Source: Actinomycetes bacterium
GTDB lineage: Bacteria > Actinomycetota > Acidimicrobiia > Acidimicrobiales > Palsa-688
Reading direction: 5' to 3'
NCBI GenBank assembly: GCA_021838305.1
Contig: JAKCEB010000001.1
Span: 1-52,161 of the forward strand
Length of the DNA: 52,161 nt
How positions within the stretch are numbered: position 1 is the stretch's first letter; each line of letters begins with the position of its first letter. The notes beneath the pieces were generated by a model. It was not told the origin of the DNA, made no database searches, and saw only the letters and a program-made list of their open reading frames with translations. A program made the position numbers and the translations under genes. Shown one piece after another: positions 9,894 through 18,895 of the stretch.

Positions 9894-9982
9894 GCTACGA
9901 TGGCGCCATCAGCCACGCACAGTTTTCGAACGACGCCTCGACGCGACGCCCCGGCGACAGCCCTGACGCCGCCGAGGCCGGC

Positions 9983-10660
9983 ATGGTCGCCGCTTCGATT
10001 CCTTTCTCGGCGGTCCCGGACCCTAGACCGGTCGACACCCCGTGGCCGGAGATGACGTGGCCACCGGCTCCCGGCGTCAAGTTGCGGGGCCGTATCGTGG
10101 AGCTGTCCCCCGCCGTCGCAGATCACGACGCCGACGAAACGTTCGCTGCGCTCGACGACGACCGCACTTGGGCGATGTTGTCAGGCCGTCCGCACACGGG
10201 CCAGGCCATGGCTGACGTACTTCGCCGGCACATCCACAACGGGAGGTTCCCGTGGATTGTCCGCCTGCACACCGGCTACCAAGGGCTCGCCCCCGGCGCC
10301 GTAGTCGGAATGACCTCCTACCTAGAGGTTTCGGCCACGGATGCCCGCCTCGAGATCGGATGGACAGCGTACAGGCCGGAGGTGTGGGGCACTGTCATCA
10401 ACCCTGACACCAAGCTCGCGTTGCTGTCCTTCGCCTTCGACGTTCTCGGTGCCGGCCGGGTGCAGCTCAAGACGGACGTCCGCAATGTCCGTTCCCAGTC
10501 GGCGATCGCCCGTCTCGGTGCCCGTTACGAGGGAACTCTGCGCCGTTACCAAAGGCGAGGTGATGACACTGTCCGTGACACTGTCATGTTCTCGATCATC
10601 GCAGAGGAGTGGCCGTCCGTTAACCGGGGCCTGGTCGAGCGTCTCGACGCCACTGGGTGA
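9983..10660 (+). CDS. GNAT family N-acetyltransferase (RimJ/RimL-like)
   Basis: 'LEIGWTAYRPEVWGTVINPDTKLALLSFAFDVLGAGRVQLKTDVRNVRSQSAIARLGARYEGTLR'. Confidence 0.8.
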   Translation: MVAASIPFSAVPDPRPVDTPWPEMTWPPAPGVKLRGRIVELSPAVADHDADETFAALDDDRTWAMLSGRPHTGQAMADVLRRHIHNGRFPWIVRLHTGYQGLAPGAVVGMTSYLEVSATDARLEIGWTAYRPEVWGTVINPDTKLALLSFAFDVLGAGRVQLKTDVRNVRSQSAIARLGARYEGTLRRYQRRGDDTVRDTVMFSIIAEEWPSVNRGLVERLDATG

Positions 10661-10698
10661 TGGGCCCGAGGGAGGACCGCGGGTCTGAAGGAGCGGTC

Positions 10699-12081
10699 AT
10701 GCTGGGCCCCAGATTGGTCATCGCCGGAACCTCGTCGGGGGTAGGCAAGACCACCATCGCAACTGGTCTACTCGCGGCTTTCTCCCGGCGCGCCAAACGG
10801 CCTGCCGGAGCGAAGATCGGCCCGGACTTCATCGACCCGAGCTACCACGCAGCCGCCTCTCGTCGACCGGCGCGAAACCTCGACCCGTGGATGTGCGGCC
10901 TCGACCAGATGGCCTCTCTCGCAGCGAGGGCGGCGCAGGGGGCGGGACTGCTCGTGGTCGAAGGGGTGATGGGGCTCTTTGACGGCGCAGCCGACGGCAG
11001 CCCCTCCTCGACTGCAGACGTCGCGAGGGTGCTCCAAGCGCCGGTGATACTCGTGATCGATGCGTCGGCAATGGCGTCGTCGGCGGCAGCCCTGCTGCAC
11101 GGCTTCGCGACATTCGACCCTTCGATAGCCGTCTCGGGTGTCATATTCAACCGCGTCGGCTCCGACGGTCACGAAACAATGCTGAGAGAGGCGGTCGCCC
11201 CGCTTGGCATTCGCGTGCTCGGAGCGTTACGCAGAGACGACAGGTTCGCTTGGAGGGACCGCCATCTAGGCTTGGTTCCCGTCGCCGAGAACCCGAGCTC
11301 GGTGGACGCATCGCTCGAGCGCCTCACTGCCGCCATCGAAGCATTCGTGGACGTCGAAGGCGTCGAACAAGTCGCCCGGAGCGCCGAACCGCTGCAGTGC
11401 AGCCCGGTGCGCATGCCGGGACCTGGTGCGCCGGTGAGAATCGCCGTCGCGAGCGGACCTGCGTTCAGTTTCACCTACACGGACACGGTCGAGGCCCTCG
11501 CTGCGGCGGGAGCCGAGATAATACCTTTCGACCCCCTCTCAGACGAGCGGCTTCCCGCTAGCCGCAAGTCCCCGAGCGACCCCGACGCGCTCGACGGGCT
11601 GCTGATCGGCGGAGGCTTTCCCGAGGTCTACGCCGAAACCCTTTCGGAGAACCGCCGGCTGCTAGTCGACATCGCCGACCAGGCGCGACGAGGACTCGTG
11701 ACCTGGGCCGAATGCGGGGGCTTGCTCCTTTTGTGCGAGAGCCTCGACGGCCACCCTCTTGCAGGTGTCGTCCCCGCTGACGCGACGATGACAGGTACCC
11801 TCACCCTCGGCTACCGCCAGGCGCAGAGTACCGTCGCCAGTCCTATCGGCCCCGGGGGCACCGCTTTCAGAGGCCACGAGTTCCACTATTCGCAAGTCGA
11901 GCCAAGCGGGTCTGCTCTCCAACTCGAGGCGAGATTCGGTCGCGGTCCAGAAGGTTTCGCCTCGGCCGACCTGCTCGCCACGTACGTGCACTTTCACCCT
12001 GGTGGCGACCCGACCCCGATCGGGAACTTCGTTACCAAAGCTGCCCTACGTAGGGCATCACGTAGGGCACACAACCTCTAG
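10699..12081 (+). CDS. cbiA: Cobyrinate a,c-diamide synthase
   Basis: P-loop 'IAGTSSGVGKTT' and a C-terminal glutamine amidotransferase-like half. GAAGGAG lies 6 nt upstream of ATG 10699. Confidence 0.9.
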   Translation: MLGPRLVIAGTSSGVGKTTIATGLLAAFSRRAKRPAGAKIGPDFIDPSYHAAASRRPARNLDPWMCGLDQMASLAARAAQGAGLLVVEGVMGLFDGAADGSPSSTADVARVLQAPVILVIDASAMASSAAALLHGFATFDPSIAVSGVIFNRVGSDGHETMLREAVAPLGIRVLGALRRDDRFAWRDRHLGLVPVAENPSSVDASLERLTAAIEAFVDVEGVEQVARSAEPLQCSPVRMPGPGAPVRIAVASGPAFSFTYTDTVEALAAAGAEIIPFDPLSDERLPASRKSPSDPDALDGLLIGGGFPEVYAETLSENRRLLVDIADQARRGLVTWAECGGLLLLCESLDGHPLAGVVPADATMTGTLTLGYRQAQSTVASPIGPGGTAFRGHEFHYSQVEPSGSALQLEARFGRGPEGFASADLLATYVHFHPGGDPTPIGNFVTKAALRRASRRAHNL

Positions 12082-12090
12082 ACTTGCCTC

Positions 12091-13038
12091 GTGCGCAAGA
12101 GCAGCATCTACCTTCCCGAGGAGACCAAAGCCGCGCTTTCAAACGCAGCCAGGCAGGAGGGGCTTTCGGAGGCTCAGCTGATAAGGAGGGCAATTGAGCG
12201 TGCGCTGTCTCGTACCTCTCCCGCCCCGGCGCCTGGCAGTCGCTCGTCGAATATCGCTTTGCCGGACAAAGGACCGCTGGCCGCCGCACCGCCGGCCTCG
12301 GGTGCAACAGCCATACGGTTCATCGGGGTTGGAGTGGGACCAGGCGAGCCCGATCTGGTCACGATCCGAGCGCTCGAAGCGTTGAAAAAGGCTGACATCG
12401 TGGTAGCACCTAGCACCGCAACCGACGCCGTCGGCCGAGCCGAGGCGATCGTGAGGGAGGCAGCGCCCGGCGTCGCTGTGCTGCGGGTTCCTTTCGAAAT
12501 GTCCCCCTCGCGTGCCGCTCGGGACGACTCGGTGGAGCGGGCGGCGACCTTCGTCGCGCGGCTTTTCGACAGTTGCCGGGAGGTCGCCTGGGTCACCCTC
12601 GGCGATCCCCTCGTCTATTCGACGTTCCCGGCGGTCGCTGATGCGCTGAAGCGTCTCAGACCCGCCATCGACATTCGCCAGATCCCGGGGATCATGGCGT
12701 TTCAAGCGCTCGCTGCGCGTACGTCCACGGTCGTCGCCGACGAGCGAACCAGGATCACGGTCAGGACCGCGCTCGAAGGCGAAGACCTCTCGGCGGACCT
12801 GCGCGACGACGAGTCGACGGTAGTCGTCTACAAGGGCGGCCGCAGGCTGCCCGAAGTCGCGTCCGAGGCGGTGCGACTCGGGCGTGACGACACGGCGGTC
12901 GCCGGCGAGCTTCTCGGTATGCCCGGCGAGCGGATCGGGACTCTAGCCGAAATGGCGCAGCACGGGCCGGCGTCGTATCTGGCCACGATGATCTTTCCGT
13001 TCACGCGCAGCTCGCCCGGACCTTCGGCGGCGACATGA
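12091..13038 (+). CDS. cbiL: Precorrin-2/cobalt-factor-II C20-methyltransferase with an N-terminal ribbon-helix-helix (CopG-like) extension
   Basis: Methyltransferase core 'FIGVGVGPGEPDLVTIRALEAL' and 'TLGDPLVYSTF'. In the same frame it is preceded by 'SIYLPEETKAALSNAARQEGLSEAQLIRRAIERAL' plus a Pro/Ala/Ser linker. Confidence 0.85.
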   Translation: MRKSSIYLPEETKAALSNAARQEGLSEAQLIRRAIERALSRTSPAPAPGSRSSNIALPDKGPLAAAPPASGATAIRFIGVGVGPGEPDLVTIRALEALKKADIVVAPSTATDAVGRAEAIVREAAPGVAVLRVPFEMSPSRAARDDSVERAATFVARLFDSCREVAWVTLGDPLVYSTFPAVADALKRLRPAIDIRQIPGIMAFQALAARTSTVVADERTRITVRTALEGEDLSADLRDDESTVVVYKGGRRLPEVASEAVRLGRDDTAVAGELLGMPGERIGTLAEMAQHGPASYLATMIFPFTRSSPGPSAAT

Positions 13039-13862
13039 TCTCGTTTGTTGGTGCCGGCCCCGGCTCACCGGATTTGATCACGCTGCGTGCTGCGAACCGG
13101 CTCGCCGATGCGCACGTCGTCGTTTGGGCGTCATCTCTGGTGCCGGAGTCCGTCCTCGAGCACGCTAACCGCTCCGCGGTCATCCACGATTCGTCGACCA
13201 TGACCCTCGAGGACGTGATTGGCGTCTACGAATCGAATCCCGAGCCGGCCCTCGTCGTTCGGCTGCACTCGGGTGACCCGTCGATATATTCGTCGATCGG
13301 AGAGCAGATCGACTGGTGCAAGGCGGCTGGACGGCCCTGGGAGATAGTTCCAGGCGTTACCTCTCTGGCTGCGGCGGCCGCGGCGCTGGGGCGGGAGTTG
13401 ACGCAGCCTGGCGTCGCTCAGAGCGTCGTCATCACACGACTCGCCGGGCGGACATCCGAATCGATGCCGCAGAGGTCCGTCGCCGGGGAAGGACCAGCAG
13501 CGTTCGCGCCTCACGGCAGCACGCTCGCAGTTTTCCTCTCTGCTTCGCGCCCCGACGAGTTGCAGGCAGAGCTGCTCAGCCGGGGGTCTGGCTACGACGA
13601 GTCGACGCCGGCCGCGGTAGTGGCGCGGGTCAGCTGGCCCGACGAGCAGATCTACACGACGACAGTTGGCAAGCTTGCAGACACTATTCGTTCGACCGGG
13701 CTGACGATGACCGTGCTGGTGGTTGTCGGTGATGCTCTAGGTGATGGCCCCGTCGCAAGGCGATCGCACCTGTACTCGCCCGCCTACACCACGACCTACC
13801 GGCTGCGTTCGTCGCCCGGCACCTCGGTCGGGCGACCGTCCGCTAAACGACGCGGAAGGTAG
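13035..13862 (+). CDS. cbiF: Precorrin-4/cobalt-precorrin-4 C11-methyltransferase
   Basis: 'ISFVGAGPGSPDLITLRA' and 'RLHSGDPSIYSSIGEQ'. ATGA overlap with cbiL. Confidence 0.92.
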   Translation: MISFVGAGPGSPDLITLRAANRLADAHVVVWASSLVPESVLEHANRSAVIHDSSTMTLEDVIGVYESNPEPALVVRLHSGDPSIYSSIGEQIDWCKAAGRPWEIVPGVTSLAAAAAALGRELTQPGVAQSVVITRLAGRTSESMPQRSVAGEGPAAFAPHGSTLAVFLSASRPDELQAELLSRGSGYDESTPAAVVARVSWPDEQIYTTTVGKLADTIRSTGLTMTVLVVVGDALGDGPVARRSHLYSPAYTTTYRLRSSPGTSVGRPSAKRRGR

Positions 13863-13872
13863 CGCGGACCAA

Positions 13873-15033
13873 ATGCCCTCAGGTCGGCAAGCGGGTGGCT
13901 CACCCCCCAACACCTCCGCGACGCCCTATGAGCCCCCCATGGCAGAAGAGGTCAGGAAGGCCAAAGGCCTTCGCACCGGTTGGACGACCGGCACCTGCGC
14001 CTCCGCAGCGGCGAAAGCCGCCGTGATTGGACTCGTCACTGGCGAGACGCCAGCGCGGACTGACGTTGCCCTCCCCGATTCGCGAAGGGTTGCCTTCGAC
14101 GTCGCGACACCGGATCCGGGGAACCCTGCCCTTGCGGCGGTGGTCAAGGATGCCGGCGACGACCCCGACGTCACAGACGGCGCGGTGATCACGGTAACTG
14201 CCGCCTGGGCCGGCCCACTCGACCAGGGCGCCGTGACGATCCGCTCCGGGCCCGGTGTAGGCACGATCACCCTTCCGGGGCTCGGCCTCGAAGTCGGGAC
14301 GCCCGCTGTCAATCCGGTTCCTGCCCGGATGATCCGCCGTGCGGTAGCCGAGGTCACCGACAGGCCCGTCGTACTGACTGTGTCGGTTCCGGGAGGCGAG
14401 GCGATGGCCGAGCGAACTTCGAACTCACGTCTCGGTATCGTCGGCGGAATCTCGATCCTAGGCACCACGGGCATCGTCCGGCCCTTCTCGACTGCGGCGT
14501 GGCGTGCGAGCGTCGTTCAACAAGTCCAAGTTGCAGCCGCCCAGGGCAATACGAGCCTCGTCCTGTCGACCGGCGGCCGCACCGACGCAGCCGCGCAGCG
14601 GTTGTATCCCGACCTGCAGCAGGTCTGCTTCGTCGAGGTGGGCGACTTCACCGGGATCGCCCTGCGCAAGGCAGCATCGTTTGGGATCAGCGACGTCACT
14701 TTCGTGGGCATGGCGGGGAAGATCGCAAAGCTGGCGGCGGGCGTGATGATGACCCACTACCGCCGCTCGAAGGTCGATTCGGCCCTGCTCGTCGAGGTGG
14801 CAACCGCCTGCGGCGCCCCCGACGAGGTCGTCGAATCTGCGAGGGCGACCGCCACCGCAAGGCACTTCGCCGAGACGTGCGTCGAAGTCGGGGCGTTCGC
14901 AGTGCTGAACGAGCTGTGCTCGAGGGCTTCGGAGTCATGCTCGCGCTACATGCGGTCGGAGTATGATTCCAGCGCGGTGGTCGAAGTGGTGATGGTCGAC
15001 TTCGACGGCGATCATGTGTGGGCCCGTGGATAG
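13873..15033 (+). CDS. cbiD: Cobalt-precorrin-5B (C1)-methyltransferase
   Basis: 'LRTGWTTGTCASAAAKAA'. Start taken at ATG 13873, after the cbiF stop (alternative 13939). Confidence 0.88.
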   Translation: MPSGRQAGGSPPNTSATPYEPPMAEEVRKAKGLRTGWTTGTCASAAAKAAVIGLVTGETPARTDVALPDSRRVAFDVATPDPGNPALAAVVKDAGDDPDVTDGAVITVTAAWAGPLDQGAVTIRSGPGVGTITLPGLGLEVGTPAVNPVPARMIRRAVAEVTDRPVVLTVSVPGGEAMAERTSNSRLGIVGGISILGTTGIVRPFSTAAWRASVVQQVQVAAAQGNTSLVLSTGGRTDAAAQRLYPDLQQVCFVEVGDFTGIALRKAASFGISDVTFVGMAGKIAKLAAGVMMTHYRRSKVDSALLVEVATACGAPDEVVESARATATARHFAETCVEVGAFAVLNELCSRASESCSRYMRSEYDSSAVVEVVMVDFDGDHVWARG

Positions 15034-16300
15034 CCCCCGCGACCAAACGCACCAAACGCGACTCCCTCGAGGCGCTCGGGCGGCTGGACGAGTCGACCTG
15101 GTCGGGGTCCTGGGCGGGGAGGTCTTCGGCGACAAGGCCAGGGGCGCCCTACAACAAGCGACAGTGGTCGCAGGAACTTCCAGACACTTGAACGCGCTGC
15201 AACTGCCACAAGAAGCCAGGCGCCTGCTGCTCCAAGGTGACGTCCGCCAATTCATGGGGTCTGTCGCCACGGCCGCTTCGAGTGGAGAAAATGTCTGCGT
15301 GCTTTGCTCGGGAGACCCCGGATTCTTCGGCCTCGCGCGGCTCGCGTCGCTGCACGTCTCGCCTTCTCTTCTACGAATCCACCCGGCGCCGTCGTCGGTT
15401 TCGCTGGCCTTCGCTCGGGCCGGCGCCAACTGGGACGACGCTGAAGTGGTGTCCGCGCACGGCCGACCCGGAGGCGCCGCGGAAGCTGCCAGGGCTATCG
15501 AGCGCTCGACCAAGGTGGCGGTCCTGTGCGGGCCCGATTCGCCTCCGCAGCTTCTCGGCCGACTGGCCTTGGAACACGGGGTTCGAGACCGGCGGATTTG
15601 GGTCGGATCGGCTCTCGGCGAGCAAGCGGAGTCGGTCTGGACGGGCAATCTCGAAGCGCTCGCCGCTGGATGCTTCGACCCGGCATCGGTGGTCATATCG
15701 ATAGCGGATCACGCTCGCCAGACGAAGCCCGGGCAGGCAACCCTACGATGGGGGCGTCCTGAGTCCGAGTTCGAGCATATTCGCGGCATGGTCACAAAAG
15801 CCGAGGTTCGGGCGATCGCCATCTCGAAGCTCGACCTGCCGGTGAGTGGAGTCATGTGGGACGTCGGAGCCGGATCAGGGTCGGTGTCGGTCGAATGCGC
15901 CTCGTTGTCCGCCGGACTTAGCGTGCACGCGATCGAACGCGATCCGCATCAGTTGAAGGTTCTGCGATCCAACACCGCAAATACCCGCGTGACAGTCTGC
16001 GACGGCGAAGCGCCGGGCGTGTTCGAATCCCTCGAAGACCCCGACAGGGTTTTCGTAGGAGGCGGCGGAATCGGCGTCCTCGACGCGGCACTCGCACGGC
16101 TACGGCCCGCAGGGCTGGTCGTCGCGGTGTACGCAGCGCCCGACAGGGCCTTGGCGGGCGCCGAACGCCTCGGTGCGATGGTCCAGGTGTCAATCAACCG
16201 CGCCGTGCCCTTCGGGCGCGACACCGCGCTCCGCTTCCAAGCCGAGAACCCAGTGTTCGTGTGCTGGGGTCCCTCCGCAAACGCCGTGAGCGGCAAATGA
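15014..16300 (+). CDS. cbiET: Precorrin-6Y C5,15-methyltransferase (decarboxylating), fused CbiE/CbiT
   Basis: The N-terminal tetrapyrrole methylase half carries 'CSGDPGFFG'. The C-terminal CbiT-like SAM-methyltransferase half carries 'VMWDVGAGSGSVSVE'. Confidence 0.85.
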   Translation: MCGPVDSPRDQTHQTRLPRGARAAGRVDLVGVLGGEVFGDKARGALQQATVVAGTSRHLNALQLPQEARRLLLQGDVRQFMGSVATAASSGENVCVLCSGDPGFFGLARLASLHVSPSLLRIHPAPSSVSLAFARAGANWDDAEVVSAHGRPGGAAEAARAIERSTKVAVLCGPDSPPQLLGRLALEHGVRDRRIWVGSALGEQAESVWTGNLEALAAGCFDPASVVISIADHARQTKPGQATLRWGRPESEFEHIRGMVTKAEVRAIAISKLDLPVSGVMWDVGAGSGSVSVECASLSAGLSVHAIERDPHQLKVLRSNTANTRVTVCDGEAPGVFESLEDPDRVFVGGGGIGVLDAALARLRPAGLVVAVYAAPDRALAGAERLGAMVQVSINRAVPFGRDTALRFQAENPVFVCWGPSANAVSGK

Positions 16301-18051
16301 CGACTTCTGCCGCCCCGCGGATCGTGTCGCTTTCGATCACCGAGCGCGGGTCGGCGCTGGCGGCCAAGCTCCCGTACGAGCATCGTAGAGGGCGTCTGAT
16401 CGAAACCGTCAAGGAGGAGTGGAGCCGATGCGACGGGATGGTCGTGTTCGCAGCCGCAGCCATCGCTGTTCGGGCGATAGCCGACCTCCTCGCCGATAAG
16501 GAGACAGACCCCGCCGTCGTTTCCGTCGACGAGTCCGGTCGATACGCGATCGTGCTCTGCGGAGGCCACCGTCGCGAGGCCAACGCCTTGGCGCGCGAAG
16601 TTGCCGCCTGCACGGGGGCTACGCCGGTCGTCTCTACGGCTACCGACCTCGCCGGGCTGCCAGGGGTAGACACGTTCAGCGGCTTCAACGCGCGCGGTGA
16701 CGTGGCTGCGCTCGGTCGGGCGTGGCTCGACGGCCGCGCTCCGGCCGTGGGCGTCGACGCAGGCCTCGAAGATTGGCCTCTGCCGGCGGCTCTGCGCGGA
16801 CTGTCGCGCCTCCCCCGCAGCGCCGACAACAATGACCCAGGCCAACCCGGGAGCCCAGAACAGCGCGAGCACACGACGATCACTGTGACCGACTCGGCAA
16901 CCCCGCCGCGACCCGGCGAGGTCATCCTCGCGACGCGTTCGCTCGTGCTCGGCGTCGGAGCGAGCACAGGCGCTTCGCCCGACGGTCTCGAACGCGCCGT
17001 CAACAACCTGCTCGACTCGGCGAACCTCGACGTGCGCTGCGTGGGGGCGGTGGCGACATTGGATGCCAAGACCGCCGAGCCCGCCATCGTCGCCTTGGCG
17101 GAGCGCCTCGACGTAGACCTGGTCGGGCTCGGCGCCGCCGCGCTTGCTGCCGTCGAAGTCCCGAACCCGAGCGAGGCGGTCCGTCGAGCTGTAGGGACAC
17201 CGTCAGTGTCAGAAGCATCGGCACTTCTCGCTGGTGGTCCCGGCGCGAAGCTGATCGCCGGCAAGACGGTAAGCGCTACGGGCGACTCCACAGTCGCAAT
17301 GGCACGTCGGCGAACTCCTCCAGGCCTCCTGTCTCTCGTCGGCCTCGGCCCCGGGGACCCGTACATGCGAACGCTTCAGGCAACCGCGGCAGTGCGCCAC
17401 GCCGAGGTCGTGGTGGGCTACAAAGGCTACGTCGACTCCGCCGGCGACCTGCTCTCCAACTCGCAGCTTGTCGTGTCCTACCCGATAGGGGCGGAGACCG
17501 AACGCGTCCGCGATGCTCTGGCCTACGCCCGGGAAGGTCGAACGGTTGCGCTCGTGTGCTCCGGCGATCCGGGCGTGTATGCTCTCGCGTCACTCGCCTT
17601 CGAGCTCGCAGAAGGGGAAGGTGGCCTCGCCATCCGCGTCGTTCCCGGGGTCACCGCCGCGTTGAGCGCCGCCGCGATCCTGGGCGCCCCGCTCGGCCAC
17701 GACCACGCCTCGATATCGCTGTCAGACCTCCTCACCCCGTGGTCGCAGATCGAGCGGAGGATCAAAGCCGTGGCCGAGGGCGACTTCGTGGTGTCGCTTT
17801 ACAACCCCCGCTCGGCGCGCCGCGCGACGCAGCTGCCCGCGGCCATCGAGATCCTGTCCGCTCACAGGTCACCTTCGACACCCGCGGCGGTGGTAACCGA
17901 CGCGGGTCGCCCGACAGAGACGGTGACCCGGACGGTGCTAGGCGAGTTGGATCCCAGCGGGGTCGCCATGTTCTCACTGGTGGTGATCGGATCGACTGGC
18001 ACACGCTGGATCGGCGATCGTATGGTCACCCCCCGGGGCTACGCACCGTGA
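16297..18051 (+). CDS. cbiGH: CbiG (cobalt-precorrin-5A hydrolase) fused to CbiH (precorrin-3B C17-methyltransferase)
   Basis: CbiG-like N- and mid-domains are followed by 'LSLVGLGPGDPYMRTLQA' and 'VCSGDPGVYALAS'. ATGA overlap with cbiET. Confidence 0.85.
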   Translation: MTTSAAPRIVSLSITERGSALAAKLPYEHRRGRLIETVKEEWSRCDGMVVFAAAAIAVRAIADLLADKETDPAVVSVDESGRYAIVLCGGHRREANALAREVAACTGATPVVSTATDLAGLPGVDTFSGFNARGDVAALGRAWLDGRAPAVGVDAGLEDWPLPAALRGLSRLPRSADNNDPGQPGSPEQREHTTITVTDSATPPRPGEVILATRSLVLGVGASTGASPDGLERAVNNLLDSANLDVRCVGAVATLDAKTAEPAIVALAERLDVDLVGLGAAALAAVEVPNPSEAVRRAVGTPSVSEASALLAGGPGAKLIAGKTVSATGDSTVAMARRRTPPGLLSLVGLGPGDPYMRTLQATAAVRHAEVVVGYKGYVDSAGDLLSNSQLVVSYPIGAETERVRDALAYAREGRTVALVCSGDPGVYALASLAFELAEGEGGLAIRVVPGVTAALSAAAILGAPLGHDHASISLSDLLTPWSQIERRIKAVAEGDFVVSLYNPRSARRATQLPAAIEILSAHRSPSTPAAVVTDAGRPTETVTRTVLGELDPSGVAMFSLVVIGSTGTRWIGDRMVTPRGYAP

Positions 18052-18266
18052 CCGTGCGAGTCGGCGGCCGTTGCAGCGGGTGCGGGTCCTGTGTCGCGAC
18101 GTGTCCGACGAAAGCGATCGTCGCTGCGCCGGGCCGGCTTTTCGTAAATGCGGGGCTCTGCAACGACTGCCTCGCGTGCGTCGAGGTCTGCCCCACGGAC
18201 GCCATCCACGCATCGACTGCCCGACTATCCCGTCTCGGCCCCTCCGCGCCCGCGCAGTCGAAATGA
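18048..18266 (+). CDS. Small 2x[4Fe-4S] ferredoxin (72 aa)
   Basis: Two complete motifs, 'CSGCGSCVATCP' and 'CNDCLACVEVCP'. GTGA overlap with the cbiGH stop and ATGA overlap with the cbiC start. It lies inside a longer spurious ORF, 17556..18266. Confidence 0.75.
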   Translation: MTVRVGGRCSGCGSCVATCPTKAIVAAPGRLFVNAGLCNDCLACVEVCPTDAIHASTARLSRLGPSAPAQSK

Positions 18267-18895
18267 CCGAGCGGCGGACTCAACCCCACCCGATAGAAGT
18301 CGAGTCGTATCGGATCATGCAGGCCCGGGTGGACTTTTCGGCCTGGCCCGAGCCGGCACGGTCGGTCGTGGCGCGCATGGTTCACTCGACCGCCGACGAG
18401 TCTTTTTCCGTCAGTACTCTTGTCGGCTTCGACGCAGTCCCGACGATCATCGCTGCGCTCGACGCCCGCTCGACCGTCGTTTGCGACTCTCGCATGGTCG
18501 CCGCAGGGGTCCCCGCCGTTTCGGCGTTCACCGACGTGGTCTGTGCATTGGATTTCGACGCGACCCATGCCGACGCAGACGGTCACCAGCGAGACGAGAC
18601 CCGCTCGGCGGCGGCGATCTCGCGTGCCGCGACGGCGCATCCAAGTGGCGCCGTCTGGGTGATCGGCAACGCCCCGACCGCGTTGGCGCGCCTCGTCGAG
18701 CTCGCCCGGCTCGGTCGTGTGGAGCCGTCGGGCGTCATCGCACTGCCGGTCGGCTACGTCGGGGCGGCCGAGGCCAAAGCCGAACTTTGGAGCTCTCCGC
18801 TCGCCGCCATATCGATAACGAACCGGGGAGAGCGAGGCGGCAGCCCGGTCGCCGCGGCGGCGCTGAACTCTATAGCCCGGCTGCGGCTTCCTTGA
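18263..18895 (+). CDS. cbiC: Precorrin-8X / cobalt-precorrin-8 methylmutase
   Basis: 'ARMVHSTADESF' and 'WVIGNAPTALARL'. Start at ATG 18263. Confidence 0.88.
   Translation: MTERRTQPHPIEVESYRIMQARVDFSAWPEPARSVVARMVHSTADESFSVSTLVGFDAVPTIIAALDARSTVVCDSRMVAAGVPAVSAFTDVVCALDFDATHADADGHQRDETRSAAAISRAATAHPSGAVWVIGNAPTALARLVELARLGRVEPSGVIALPVGYVGAAEAKAELWSSPLAAISITNRGERGGSPVAAAALNSIARLRLP

Noticed and set aside
9841-9982. Possible cobalamin riboswitch upstream of the GNAT-cbiA unit (GCCACACT and CGCAACC resemble fragments of the B12 element core).
   Set aside because: Only short fragments match. I could find no B12 box (AGYCMGGAGACCKGCC-like) and none of the GGGAA/GGUG/AAUCC elements, and the region is too short for the full aptamer. 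A covariance-model scan is needed to be certain.
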